A DNA stretch of 64,000 bases from Longimicrobiales bacterium. GTDB lineage: Bacteria; Gemmatimonadota; Gemmatimonadetes; Longimicrobiales; Gaopeijiaceae. The notes under the pieces are model-generated. The model was not told the DNA's origin, searched no databases, and saw only the letters and a list, made by a program, of their open reading frames with translations. A program made the position numbers and the translations under genes. Below are positions 38,907-47,452 of the stretch, piece after piece (positions within the stretch are counted from its first letter, which is position 1; each line of letters starts with the position of its first letter). The stretch is from positions 128,001 to 192,000 of the forward strand of contig CBDFMQ010000002.1 of assembly GCA_965249725.1 (NCBI GenBank). The letters run 5' to 3'.

Positions 38907-40343
38907 ATGAGAAGGCTGACCTCAAAGATGGGTCGCGCCGTGCTCGGCGCGCTTTTGCCAGCGACACTGTTGGCTTGCCTCATTCCCGACAGCGGAAAGG
39001 CCCAGGTGACCTGCTTCGGCGATCCGACCTGCATTCAGCCGGAGACCGGGTACGCCGTGGGGCGACCCGGGACACCCAACATCGAGGTGGTCTCGCATCA
39101 ACCGCTCCCCGGGGTGCGCTTCAGCCACGCCGACATCGAGATCGAACAGGAGATGGACCGGCCTTATGCGTACATCGCGCATCGGCTCGGCGCATCGGGC
39201 TTCTACGCCATCGGCCTCGAAGACGAGGAGCACCCGGAAGTGCTCTATCGGTACGTCATCGACGAGCCCGATCTGCATCTGGGGAGCGGATGCGTGGACA
39301 TCAAGTATGCCAAGGCCGAGGGACGGTACTATGTGATCGTCTCGTGCCAGTTCGGCCAGGGAGGGCCCGACTTCGATCTGGGGGCGATGGTCTTCGACGT
39401 CACGGGGCTCCCCGACGCGTCGACGGTCCGCAAGGTGGCGGAGCTCAGAACTCCCGACATGGGGGGCGGCTTCCACAACATCTTCACGTATCGGCACTCG
39501 AACGGCCGCACGCTTCTGCTCGCGACGACCCAGTCCGAAGACGCCTTCATCTACGACCTGGCTCAGGTCGCGGCAGGCAACCTCGATCCGGTTTCCGAGA
39601 TCGCCGTCCCGCAGCCTTCGGCGGCGCGTACTCGCCAGTGGCACGACATGTACGTGGGCTTTCTCCCGGATGCCGGGCAGGACCGCTTCTACGGCGCGGG
39701 CACTGGGGGCTTCCACGTCTTCGACATGACGGACGTGGAGAACCCGAGGCTCCTCACTTCCGTGACCGGCGTCCCGGGCGTGGAGAACGGTCACACCTTT
39801 ACGCCCACGCCCGATGGCAGGTACGGACTCGGTATGCCCGAGCCCACCTATCAGCATTCGCCGATCCGTTTCTTCGACCTGCGACCCGAAGGCTCCGAGG
39901 GACAGACGCCCAACGTCGTGAGGGGCTCCGGGGTCGGAGCCTGGATCGCCAAGTTCGGAGGCGCGAGCCACAACCATGAGTTGCGCTGGCCTTACGCTTT
40001 CATCTCGGCGCAGGACGACGGGCTCCAGATCGTCAACATGGCGGATCCCACGCACCCCTTCACAGTCGGCTATTACAACACCCGCGAGGGCCCGATGCTC
40101 TTCGGTGGCCAAGGTGCGCTGATGACCGGCAACACCACCACGGGCAACATCTACAACGGCGCCTGGGGCGTGGACATCCGCAACGCGGATGGCCTGATTG
40201 TGGTGAGCGACCTGAACACCGGCTTCTGGGCGTTCCGACTGGACGGTTTCGAAGGCTGGAACGGCAACGATTGGAACATGCCGAACATCTCGAGCGCGCA
40301 GACGTGGGATCAGAGTCCGGATCAGCCGCAGCAGATCAGGTAG
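38907..40343 (+). CDS. Secreted LVIVD-type His-rich beta-propeller, array copy 4
   Basis: RBS GAGGAG; QVTCFGDPTC and the same motifs. Confidence 0.8.
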   Translation: MRRLTSKMGRAVLGALLPATLLACLIPDSGKAQVTCFGDPTCIQPETGYAVGRPGTPNIEVVSHQPLPGVRFSHADIEIEQEMDRPYAYIAHRLGASGFYAIGLEDEEHPEVLYRYVIDEPDLHLGSGCVDIKYAKAEGRYYVIVSCQFGQGGPDFDLGAMVFDVTGLPDASTVRKVAELRTPDMGGGFHNIFTYRHSNGRTLLLATTQSEDAFIYDLAQVAAGNLDPVSEIAVPQPSAARTRQWHDMYVGFLPDAGQDRFYGAGTGGFHVFDMTDVENPRLLTSVTGVPGVENGHTFTPTPDGRYGLGMPEPTYQHSPIRFFDLRPEGSEGQTPNVVRGSGVGAWIAKFGGASHNHELRWPYAFISAQDDGLQIVNMADPTHPFTVGYYNTREGPMLFGGQGALMTGNTTTGNIYNGAWGVDIRNADGLIVVSDLNTGFWAFRLDGFEGWNGNDWNMPNISSAQTWDQSPDQPQQIR

Positions 40344-40483
40344 CGCCATCTCTCAGGATGGAGTCCTGACCGTGCGCATGACCGTAATGGGCGGGGACGT
40401 GACCTTCGAGTTGGACGAAGCCGGGGGCCGGTAGGCCCCCCCAATGGACGCTCTTCTCGCACACCCTGAAAGGGAGAGGAAAC

Positions 40484-41014
40484 ATGTTGCTCTACGGGTC
40501 CAAAGAGCTCGCGGCGAGCTTTCGCACCGTGAGAGGGAACACGCTGGCGGCGGCGGCCGACCTTCCCGCCGACAAGTACGACTTCCGACCCGCTCCGGAC
40601 TGCCGCAACGTCGAGAAGCTGCTGACACACATCGCGCTGGCGTACCGCTTCCAGCATCAGATTCATGGCGTCGAGAAGCAGTCCAACCTGGAGGGGTTCG
40701 ACTTCCCCGCATTGATGGCGAAGCTCGGGGCGGAAGAGGCGAAGCCACGCACCAAGGACGAGGTCATCGACCTGCTCGAGAAGGAGGGCGAGGTCTGGGC
40801 CGAGTTCCTGGACGGGGTTTCCGACGACTTCCTGAATCAGACTGTGAGTTTCGGGCCTGGCGCTCCGCCCAAGAGCCGACTCGAGATGCTGATGTCGGTG
40901 AAGGAGCACGAGATGCACCATCGTGGTCAGGTCATGGTGGTCCAGCGGATGCTGGGCATCGTGCCTCACCTGACGAGGGAGCGGGAGGCACGCATGGCCC
41001 AGGCGGGGGGATGA
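40484..41014 (+). CDS. DinB family protein
   Basis: YDFRP, LLTHIA, EHEMHHRGQ..V..RMLGIVP His triad. Confidence 0.9.
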   Translation: MLLYGSKELAASFRTVRGNTLAAAADLPADKYDFRPAPDCRNVEKLLTHIALAYRFQHQIHGVEKQSNLEGFDFPALMAKLGAEEAKPRTKDEVIDLLEKEGEVWAEFLDGVSDDFLNQTVSFGPGAPPKSRLEMLMSVKEHEMHHRGQVMVVQRMLGIVPHLTREREARMAQAGG

Positions 41015-41865
41015 CGGGGCCCGTGTGTCGCCTTCAGAACCGCCTCGCCCGGTTGGCACCATTGGCCATCGCCATCAGCCTGGTGGCCGTCCCCATACCG
41101 CTCTCGGCCACCTGGTCCGTCATCGCGGTGGACGCCCGTACCGGCCGTGTGGTCATCGCATCAGCCACGTGCGTGCCTCAGGACCGCTTCGCGGGATTCC
41201 CGGCCAAGGGCCTCATGGACATCCAGGCGATCGTCGTGCCGGGCGTCGGTGTGGCGGCGGCCCAGGCTGGTGTGGACAACACCAGGGAGAACCAGCGGCT
41301 TATCTACCGTGAGCTTAAGAACGGCACGCACCCCGATGGCATCCTCGAAATGTTGAAGCAGGACGAGAACATCGAACGACGTCAGTTCGGCATCGTCGAC
41401 ATGATGGGCCATTGCGCCGGCTTCTCGGGCAGCGGAAACGGTGCGGCATCGTTGTCCGTTCAGGACACCGTGCCCGGCACGGAGATCTACTTCTCGATCC
41501 AAGGCAACATCCTGGCATCCGACGACGTGGTACACACGGCGGTGGAGGCGTTCAAAGCCGAGGGCGGAACGCTCACGGATCGTGTGATGGCTGCAATGGA
41601 CGCCGCCGACGCAGCCGGCGGGGACGTCCGCTGCACCTGCGAGAGCGAGCCCGTGCTAGAGGCTCCGTGCGAGGCCAAGACCGCGCACGTGGCGTACATC
41701 CTGGCCGCCGATCCTGACGACCCCGAAGGGGAGTCGTTCAACGACGGGCAGTACGCGCTCTACCTGAGCGTTACGGACAACGACATCATGCCGGAGGAGA
41801 ATGCGAATCCGGTGGTGACGCTCAGGATGCGGTACGATGCGTGGAAGGCGGGGCAGGGGGGCTAG
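41011..41865 (+). CDS. DUF1028 (Ntn-hydrolase-like) secreted protein
   Basis: Signal peptide, then TWSVIAVD; RQFGIVD, QGNIL, AGGDVRC; ATGA overlap. Confidence 0.85.
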   Translation: MTGPVCRLQNRLARLAPLAIAISLVAVPIPLSATWSVIAVDARTGRVVIASATCVPQDRFAGFPAKGLMDIQAIVVPGVGVAAAQAGVDNTRENQRLIYRELKNGTHPDGILEMLKQDENIERRQFGIVDMMGHCAGFSGSGNGAASLSVQDTVPGTEIYFSIQGNILASDDVVHTAVEAFKAEGGTLTDRVMAAMDAADAAGGDVRCTCESEPVLEAPCEAKTAHVAYILAADPDDPEGESFNDGQYALYLSVTDNDIMPEENANPVVTLRMRYDAWKAGQGG

Positions 41866-41897
41866 GGCTCAGGCGCGAGGCGCTTCATTGCGCCGAG

Positions 41898-43658
41898 CTA
41901 GCGTGACCCGCCGGCCTTCGCCTCCGCTTCGACGTCGGCCACCCACTCGTCGAGGAGCCCCCGAAGCCGCCGGGCCACGTCCTGTCTGATGTTCGACAGG
42001 TCGTTCCGCTCCCCCGGGTCGTCTTGGACGTTGAACACGAACGAGGCCCGTCCCCAGTCGACGTCCTGTATCAGTAGCTTCCAATCGCCGCTCCGGACGG
42101 CTCGATCGATGCCCCCGGTGGCCCGCCAGAACAGGGTGCGCTCCACCTCGGGTGCCTCTCCGGTCAGGATGGGCAGCAGGTTGATACCGTCGAGATCCAG
42201 GTCGGTGGGCACGGACGCACCGGTGGCCGCCAGAATGGTCGCCGTAACGTCCATTGTGATGCCCACCTGCCCGGTCACCGGCCCTGCTGGAATCACACCC
42301 GGCCAGGCCATGATGGCCGGCACACGAATCCCCCCCTCACAGACGGTCCCCTTACGGTTGAAAAGCGGTGCGTTGCGCGAAAGCCACTCGCCGCCGTTGT
42401 CGTTGGTGAAGACCACCAGCGTGTTCTCGGTCAGCCCGGCATCGGCGATCGCCTGCACGATGGCCCCGATGCCCTGGTCGGCGCGCTCGAGCATGGCGAT
42501 GTAGTCCTCCCGCGTGCTCGTATCCTCGCTGTGCGGCTGCAGGTGGGCCGCATTCCGTCGGGCCACCGACAGCATGTCGGGCGGTTGGTACGGCCAGTGC
42601 GCCGCGTTGTACTGCACGGAGAGGAAGAACGGTCGGCCGGCGTTCTGATGGATGAAGTCGACGGAGCGGTCGGTGATCAGGTCGGTGAGGTAGCCGTCCG
42701 CATCGATCCGCTCCTCGTTCTCCCACAGGTCTGATGCACCCTGACCGTTGGTGTGTTGGTAGTAGTCGACGTAGCCCGACTTGAAGCCGTAGAAATAGTC
42801 GAAGCCGTGCGCACCAGGACTCTGATTCCGCTTGTAGCCGAGGTGCCACTTCCCGACGAGACCCGTGGCGTATCCGCTGTTCTTGAGGAGCTGCGGCAGC
42901 GTGCGCCCGTTCGCCTCAAGCCCTCGCGCGTTCAGCACCAGCCCTCCCCAGAACGACTCGCGGGCGCTGCCCATCGGTGCTTCCATCCCCACCCTCTGTT
43001 GGTACCGACCCGTGACGAAGCCCGCGCGGGTCGGCGTACACGCAGGGGCGTTGGCGTAGAAGTCGGTGAAGCGCACTCCGTCGTTCGCGAGCTGATCGAG
43101 GTTGGGGGTTCGGATGTCGGGTCCCCCGTAGCTGCCGAGGTCTCCGTAGCCGACGTCGTCGGTCATGATGAAGACAACGTTGGGGCGGGTTTGGGCGTGC
43201 AGGAGTGATGGGCTCGCGAGGACCGTCAGGAAGAACAGAGCCGTGACGCTTAGAACGCGTGGCCCCCCCCAGACATCCGAGGCGTCCGAGGGGACATTAC
43301 CGCGATTCGTGATCACCTCCTGGATCGCATCCATGAGATCTTGCGGATCGACGGGCTTTTCCAGCGCCGCCACGGCTCCGTACTGAATCGCAAAGGGAAG
43401 CTTGCTGGAGGCAGCACCGGAGACGGCGATGATGGCGGCGTTCGGGTGCTTTCCGAGCAACTCTTGAATGAGTCGGAGCCCGTCCACATTGGGCATCTGG
43501 AGATCCGTGACCACGACGTCGATGTCGTGCTCCTCGTAAACTTTCAGCGCGGCCTCGCCATCACCGGCAAAGTAGGGCTTGTGACCGGCGTCCTCGACCA
43601 CGGTGCTCTCGAGGAACCGGTCCATCTCCTCGTCGTCGACGATCAGCACGCTTGCCAT
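41898..43658 (-). CDS. Response-regulator receiver domain fused in frame to a sulfatase
   Basis: VLIVDDE, TDLQMP, VSG, KP; then an internal signal-like segment, PNVVFIMTDD, CTPTRA (CxPxR), GKWHLG, NDNG. Confidence 0.85.
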   Translation of the reverse strand: MASVLIVDDEEMDRFLESTVVEDAGHKPYFAGDGEAALKVYEEHDIDVVVTDLQMPNVDGLRLIQELLGKHPNAAIIAVSGAASSKLPFAIQYGAVAALEKPVDPQDLMDAIQEVITNRGNVPSDASDVWGGPRVLSVTALFFLTVLASPSLLHAQTRPNVVFIMTDDVGYGDLGSYGGPDIRTPNLDQLANDGVRFTDFYANAPACTPTRAGFVTGRYQQRVGMEAPMGSARESFWGGLVLNARGLEANGRTLPQLLKNSGYATGLVGKWHLGYKRNQSPGAHGFDYFYGFKSGYVDYYQHTNGQGASDLWENEERIDADGYLTDLITDRSVDFIHQNAGRPFFLSVQYNAAHWPYQPPDMLSVARRNAAHLQPHSEDTSTREDYIAMLERADQGIGAIVQAIADAGLTENTLVVFTNDNGGEWLSRNAPLFNRKGTVCEGGIRVPAIMAWPGVIPAGPVTGQVGITMDVTATILAATGASVPTDLDLDGINLLPILTGEAPEVERTLFWRATGGIDRAVRSGDWKLLIQDVDWGRASFVFNVQDDPGERNDLSNIRQDVARRLRGLLDEWVADVEAEAKAGGSR

Positions 43659-43735
43659 GGCATCACGGATCTGAGAGGTCAGTCAATTGAAGATTGTCCC
43701 AACTATTACGGTGTGATGTGACACATGCAAGCGCC

Positions 43736-45085
43736 TCAGTGCCTCGGAGCCCGCGCCGGCCGCCGCCTCGGATTGTTCATCGTCCTCGGCGTGTCCCATT
43801 CGAACCTGCCGTCCCGCTTGTAGACCTTTCCGTCCTTCATGACGAAGTGGACTCCCCGGAGTGCAGCAACATCGCTCAGCGGGTTGTCACTGACGGCGAT
43901 GATGTCGGCTGCCAGCCCTGCCCTGAGCACGCCGCTGTTCACACCAAGAAGCTCGGCGGAGTTCTTCGTGAGCATCTGGAGGATGTACGAATCAGGGATA
44001 TCCGCCGCCTTGTAGCTGTCCAGGAACTCCAACGTGAGTTCACCGCGGGTCCACCCGTCTCGGATGTAGACAACGTCCGTCCCGAATACCATTGGCACGC
44101 CGAATCCGTAGGCTCGGCGGATGCGATCGACCGCTCTCGCGTAATTCTCGGGGCTGTGCCGCGAAGCCGGGAAGTCGGTCCCGCTGAGATAGGTCCCGCG
44201 CTCGGCCATGAGCTGGAGGGTCTCGTCGGTGGGTCGTGTCCCGTGCTCGATGGAGGCCACGCCGGCTAGGGTAGCGTTCCGGATGCCCTCGTCCGTGTGG
44301 GCGTGCGTCATGACCTTGATGCCGACGTCACCGGCCTCTTCCACCGCCGCACGGATGTCGTCCACGGAGTAGATGTAGGGCTGGTTGTCGACGATGAGCT
44401 TGATGAAGTTCGCGCCGTAGTGGATGTTCTCGCGGATCGCCTTACGGATCTCGTCCTGGGTATCCGCATATGTGTATTCGGGGTTGCCGAGGTCCGGCTT
44501 CTCCGGCTGCATCTGAAACTGACCCCCGAACGGGGCGATCATGATGCCGGCGGCCTTCATGTTCGGACCCGGTATCCAACCGCCTTCGATCGCCCTCCTC
44601 AGGGTCACGTCGCCATAGAGCCCGTTGTTGCCGGCGTCGCGTACCCATGTGAAGCCAGTCTCGAGCATATTGCGGGCCTGCATCGTCCCCTGAGCGACGC
44701 GAAACGCCGTCGGCTCGATCAGGCTCGTGTAGTAGTAGGATCCGAAGTCGTTGATGTCGGCGCCCGGCATCTCGGTGAGCGCCAAGTGAGTGTGGACGTC
44801 CATCATGCCCGGGAGGACATAGGAGTCCGAGAGGTCGATCACCTCCGCGCCGGAGGGGATGTTCACGTTGGGGCCCAGCGCCTGGATGATGCCGTCCTGG
44901 ACCAGGATGACCTGGTTCGACACGGCTTGGCCGTTCTCCACGTCGATCATGTTGCCGGCCCGGATGGCGATGGTCTGTGCAGAGGCCGATCCAAAGATCG
45001 CGGTCTGGAGCAGGAGAAGGAGGAAGAAGAGGAAGCCGCGCGTGGCGGTACGGATCGTGATGGCGTGACTACTAGCCTGTCTCAT
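43736..45085 (-). CDS. Secreted amidohydrolase (Xaa-Pro dipeptidase-like)
   Basis: PGMMDVHTH, FIK, THAH, SIEHG, FGTD. Confidence 0.9.
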   Translation of the reverse strand: MRQASSHAITIRTATRGFLFFLLLLLQTAIFGSASAQTIAIRAGNMIDVENGQAVSNQVILVQDGIIQALGPNVNIPSGAEVIDLSDSYVLPGMMDVHTHLALTEMPGADINDFGSYYYTSLIEPTAFRVAQGTMQARNMLETGFTWVRDAGNNGLYGDVTLRRAIEGGWIPGPNMKAAGIMIAPFGGQFQMQPEKPDLGNPEYTYADTQDEIRKAIRENIHYGANFIKLIVDNQPYIYSVDDIRAAVEEAGDVGIKVMTHAHTDEGIRNATLAGVASIEHGTRPTDETLQLMAERGTYLSGTDFPASRHSPENYARAVDRIRRAYGFGVPMVFGTDVVYIRDGWTRGELTLEFLDSYKAADIPDSYILQMLTKNSAELLGVNSGVLRAGLAADIIAVSDNPLSDVAALRGVHFVMKDGKVYKRDGRFEWDTPRTMNNPRRRPARAPRH

Positions 45086-45134
45086 GATGTCCTCGCGTGG
45101 AGGGTTGATGCGCGGCCGGGGTGGGTGATCCATC

Positions 45135-47411
45135 TCAGCTCCCCGGTGTCAGCAGCAGGCGGTACTCGGCGTTCGCCTCGACGGCCTCACGGCTGAACGA
45201 CAGCGGGAAGTACTCTTGGTTGGCCCAGCTCTCTGTGAGGTTGCCGTAGAAGGGACTACCCGGACGCTCCGATTGGCCGGGTGCGTTCGTGCCCACCGAT
45301 CCGTCGAGATTCGAGAAGTCGATGACCTCACGGAACGTCGCTCCGATTGCGGCGACCGTGCCGGCGCCGCCCGTCCGCTCCGCCGCTGGCAGGTCGTACG
45401 CGGACACCAGCGAGTGGGGGAACTCGCTCCGATTGGTGCGCCCCCATCGCCAATCGGCCGGATCGTCACCTTGCTCCTCACGCAGCATCTGGAGTGCGGT
45501 GGTGAGCACATACTCCGGATCGATCTCCGCGCGGCCCGCCGGCTGCCCGAAGCCGAGGTCCGCCAGCACGCCACGAGCATGACCGAAGAGTGCCGCGGCG
45601 CGATCCTCTCTCCGGTAGACTCCATCCCAGTCCGCCAGTTCCTGCCTGTACCGCTCGACGTCCGCGTCCTCGGAGGTCCACCCACTGAAGATCTCCGCCC
45701 CCTCGGCCGCGGATGCCGAGAACGCATCGTGCTGCAGATCCTTGGAGTCCTGAACCGTGAACCCGCTTCTCGTCGAGATCACCTCGGAGACCCGCGCGAA
45801 CCGTGCGAACGGGCCCTGGGTCTTGAAGAAGAGCGGCGGGTCGTATCCCGGTGGATGGATGTCGTGATTTGCGGTGCCGACCCATCCCCGCTCGGGATTC
45901 AGCTCCCGTGGAAGGTCGTCCCGGAAGCCCTGCCACTCGTACTCGCCCGTGCCCGGCACCGGCAGCCGCCCGTGCCATCCTTCCCGGCGAGGTGATAGCG
46001 CGGAGGCCTGCCACGCGATGTTCCCCGATGCGTCGCCGCACACCATGTTCTCGGTCGGTGCGAACCAGTAGTCGAGCGCGTCCAGAAACTCGACGCAGTC
46101 CGACGCAACGTTGAGCCGCAGCGCGGCGAGGTAGCCGGTGCTACCCGGCTCGTGCATCGTCGAGCGCATTGCGTACATCAGTCCGTTGTCCGCGTCTTCG
46201 TGGAAGATGGGTCCATGTCGCGAGAACTTGAGCTCCACGACATCCGCCCCCCCGCCGCGGATGCGGATCGTGTCGTATTCGATACGGAGTGCCTCCCAGC
46301 CGTCTCCGAAACGGACTTGGTTCGGATCCTCCGGGTTCACCTGTTCTACGTAGACATCGGACTGGTCCGTCCCGACGATCGTGAGGCCCCAGGCGATACG
46401 ACCGTTGTGACCGATCGCCACGCCGGGCAGGACCGGCTCGGTGGACCCGATCGCCGTCCACCCCGGGGCGTCGAGGTGCACCATGTACCGGAGCGAGGGG
46501 TTGGTGACCCCCCGGTGTGGGTCGTTGGCCACGATGACCTGACCGGTGGCCGTGCGCGAGCCGCTGATCGCCCAGTTATTGCTTCCCGGCGACGTCTCCC
46601 GCACACCGAGATTCAGTGAGACCCTCGCGTCGGACCAGGTGTCGAAGGGAGAGACGAGGGCAGGCCTGACGATCGTGCCCTGAAATCCTCGGAGACCCGC
46701 CGGCACCGCACCGTCGATGATCGTGTAGTCGACGCTCTCCGGGACGACCAGGTCACGGAAGGGGGTCGGGCGTGCCTGCTGGTTCGCCTGTTGGGCCCCG
46801 ATCTCTGCTACGCTCCGAGCGAGCAGGAGCTCACGCCCGGCGTCTCGCGTGGGCATCGCGGTGGCGATCCGGAGCAGAGGCGTCTCGATGCTCCACGGGA
46901 GAGGGCGGAGGCCGGTCAGTTCGAACTCCACCGGTAGTCGGCCCGTGGCCTCTGCATGGGCGATGTAGGCGTTGACCCCTGACGAGAACGCCTCGAGGAT
47001 GCGACGGCCTTCCGGGTGATAGCTGTTGAACTCCTCGTCGGTCCAGGGCCCCCGGTACTTGATGAGCCTCGCGAACCGATCGTGTGCGAGGGCGCCCGAG
47101 CCCAGAATCTCTGCCAGCCGGCCCTCTCCTGCACGCCGGTACATGTCCATCTGCCAAAGGCGGTCCTGTGCTTGAACGAAGCCTTGGGCGAAGAAGAGAT
47201 CGTCGATGTCGTCCGCATAGATATGGGGGACACCCCACGGATCGCGGATCACTTCCACCTCGGCCTGAAGGCCGGGCACCGAGATCGTTCCCTCGATCTG
47301 TGAGAGATGCTCCCGTGCGAGCCCCGCGAAGTCGCTTGGCGCCGACTCGCAGGCGGCGGTCGCGAGGATGACGCCTGTCGCGAGTGAAACGACAAATCGA
47401 GATGTCTGCAT
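45135..47411 (-). CDS. Penicillin acylase (S45, Ntn-hydrolase) family lipoprotein
   Basis: RDPWGVPHIYA, AQDRLWQM, GSNNWAISG, ANDPH, PGQS; lipobox ATAAC. Confidence 0.93.
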   Translation of the reverse strand: MQTSRFVVSLATGVILATAACESAPSDFAGLAREHLSQIEGTISVPGLQAEVEVIRDPWGVPHIYADDIDDLFFAQGFVQAQDRLWQMDMYRRAGEGRLAEILGSGALAHDRFARLIKYRGPWTDEEFNSYHPEGRRILEAFSSGVNAYIAHAEATGRLPVEFELTGLRPLPWSIETPLLRIATAMPTRDAGRELLLARSVAEIGAQQANQQARPTPFRDLVVPESVDYTIIDGAVPAGLRGFQGTIVRPALVSPFDTWSDARVSLNLGVRETSPGSNNWAISGSRTATGQVIVANDPHRGVTNPSLRYMVHLDAPGWTAIGSTEPVLPGVAIGHNGRIAWGLTIVGTDQSDVYVEQVNPEDPNQVRFGDGWEALRIEYDTIRIRGGGADVVELKFSRHGPIFHEDADNGLMYAMRSTMHEPGSTGYLAALRLNVASDCVEFLDALDYWFAPTENMVCGDASGNIAWQASALSPRREGWHGRLPVPGTGEYEWQGFRDDLPRELNPERGWVGTANHDIHPPGYDPPLFFKTQGPFARFARVSEVISTRSGFTVQDSKDLQHDAFSASAAEGAEIFSGWTSEDADVERYRQELADWDGVYRREDRAAALFGHARGVLADLGFGQPAGRAEIDPEYVLTTALQMLREEQGDDPADWRWGRTNRSEFPHSLVSAYDLPAAERTGGAGTVAAIGATFREVIDFSNLDGSVGTNAPGQSERPGSPFYGNLTESWANQEYFPLSFSREAVEANAEYRLLLTPGS

Positions 47412-47452
47412 GGCCTCGCCCCCGGCTTGTCGAAACATGCGTGTGGAACTGA

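Noticed and set aside
34552..40343. Paralog array as a diversity-generating retroelement or an assembly artefact
   Set aside because: No reverse transcriptase or template repeat is visible and differences are not adenine-specific. Copies differ at many synonymous sites and have unrelated signal peptides.
37634..40349. Long antisense ORFs (466 and 475 aa) and similar shadow ORFs across the window
   Set aside because: They mirror real genes, as expected from high GC3 codon bias, and show no recognisable motifs.
40423..40440. GGGGGCC-GGTA-GGCCCCC hairpin after the array as a terminator
   Set aside because: No U-tract, short stem, and such stems are common by chance in GC-rich DNA.
43710..43730. 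CRP-like site TGTGATGTGACACA upstream of the receiver gene
   Set aside because: Spacing and second half-site do not fit TGTGA-N6-TCACA.
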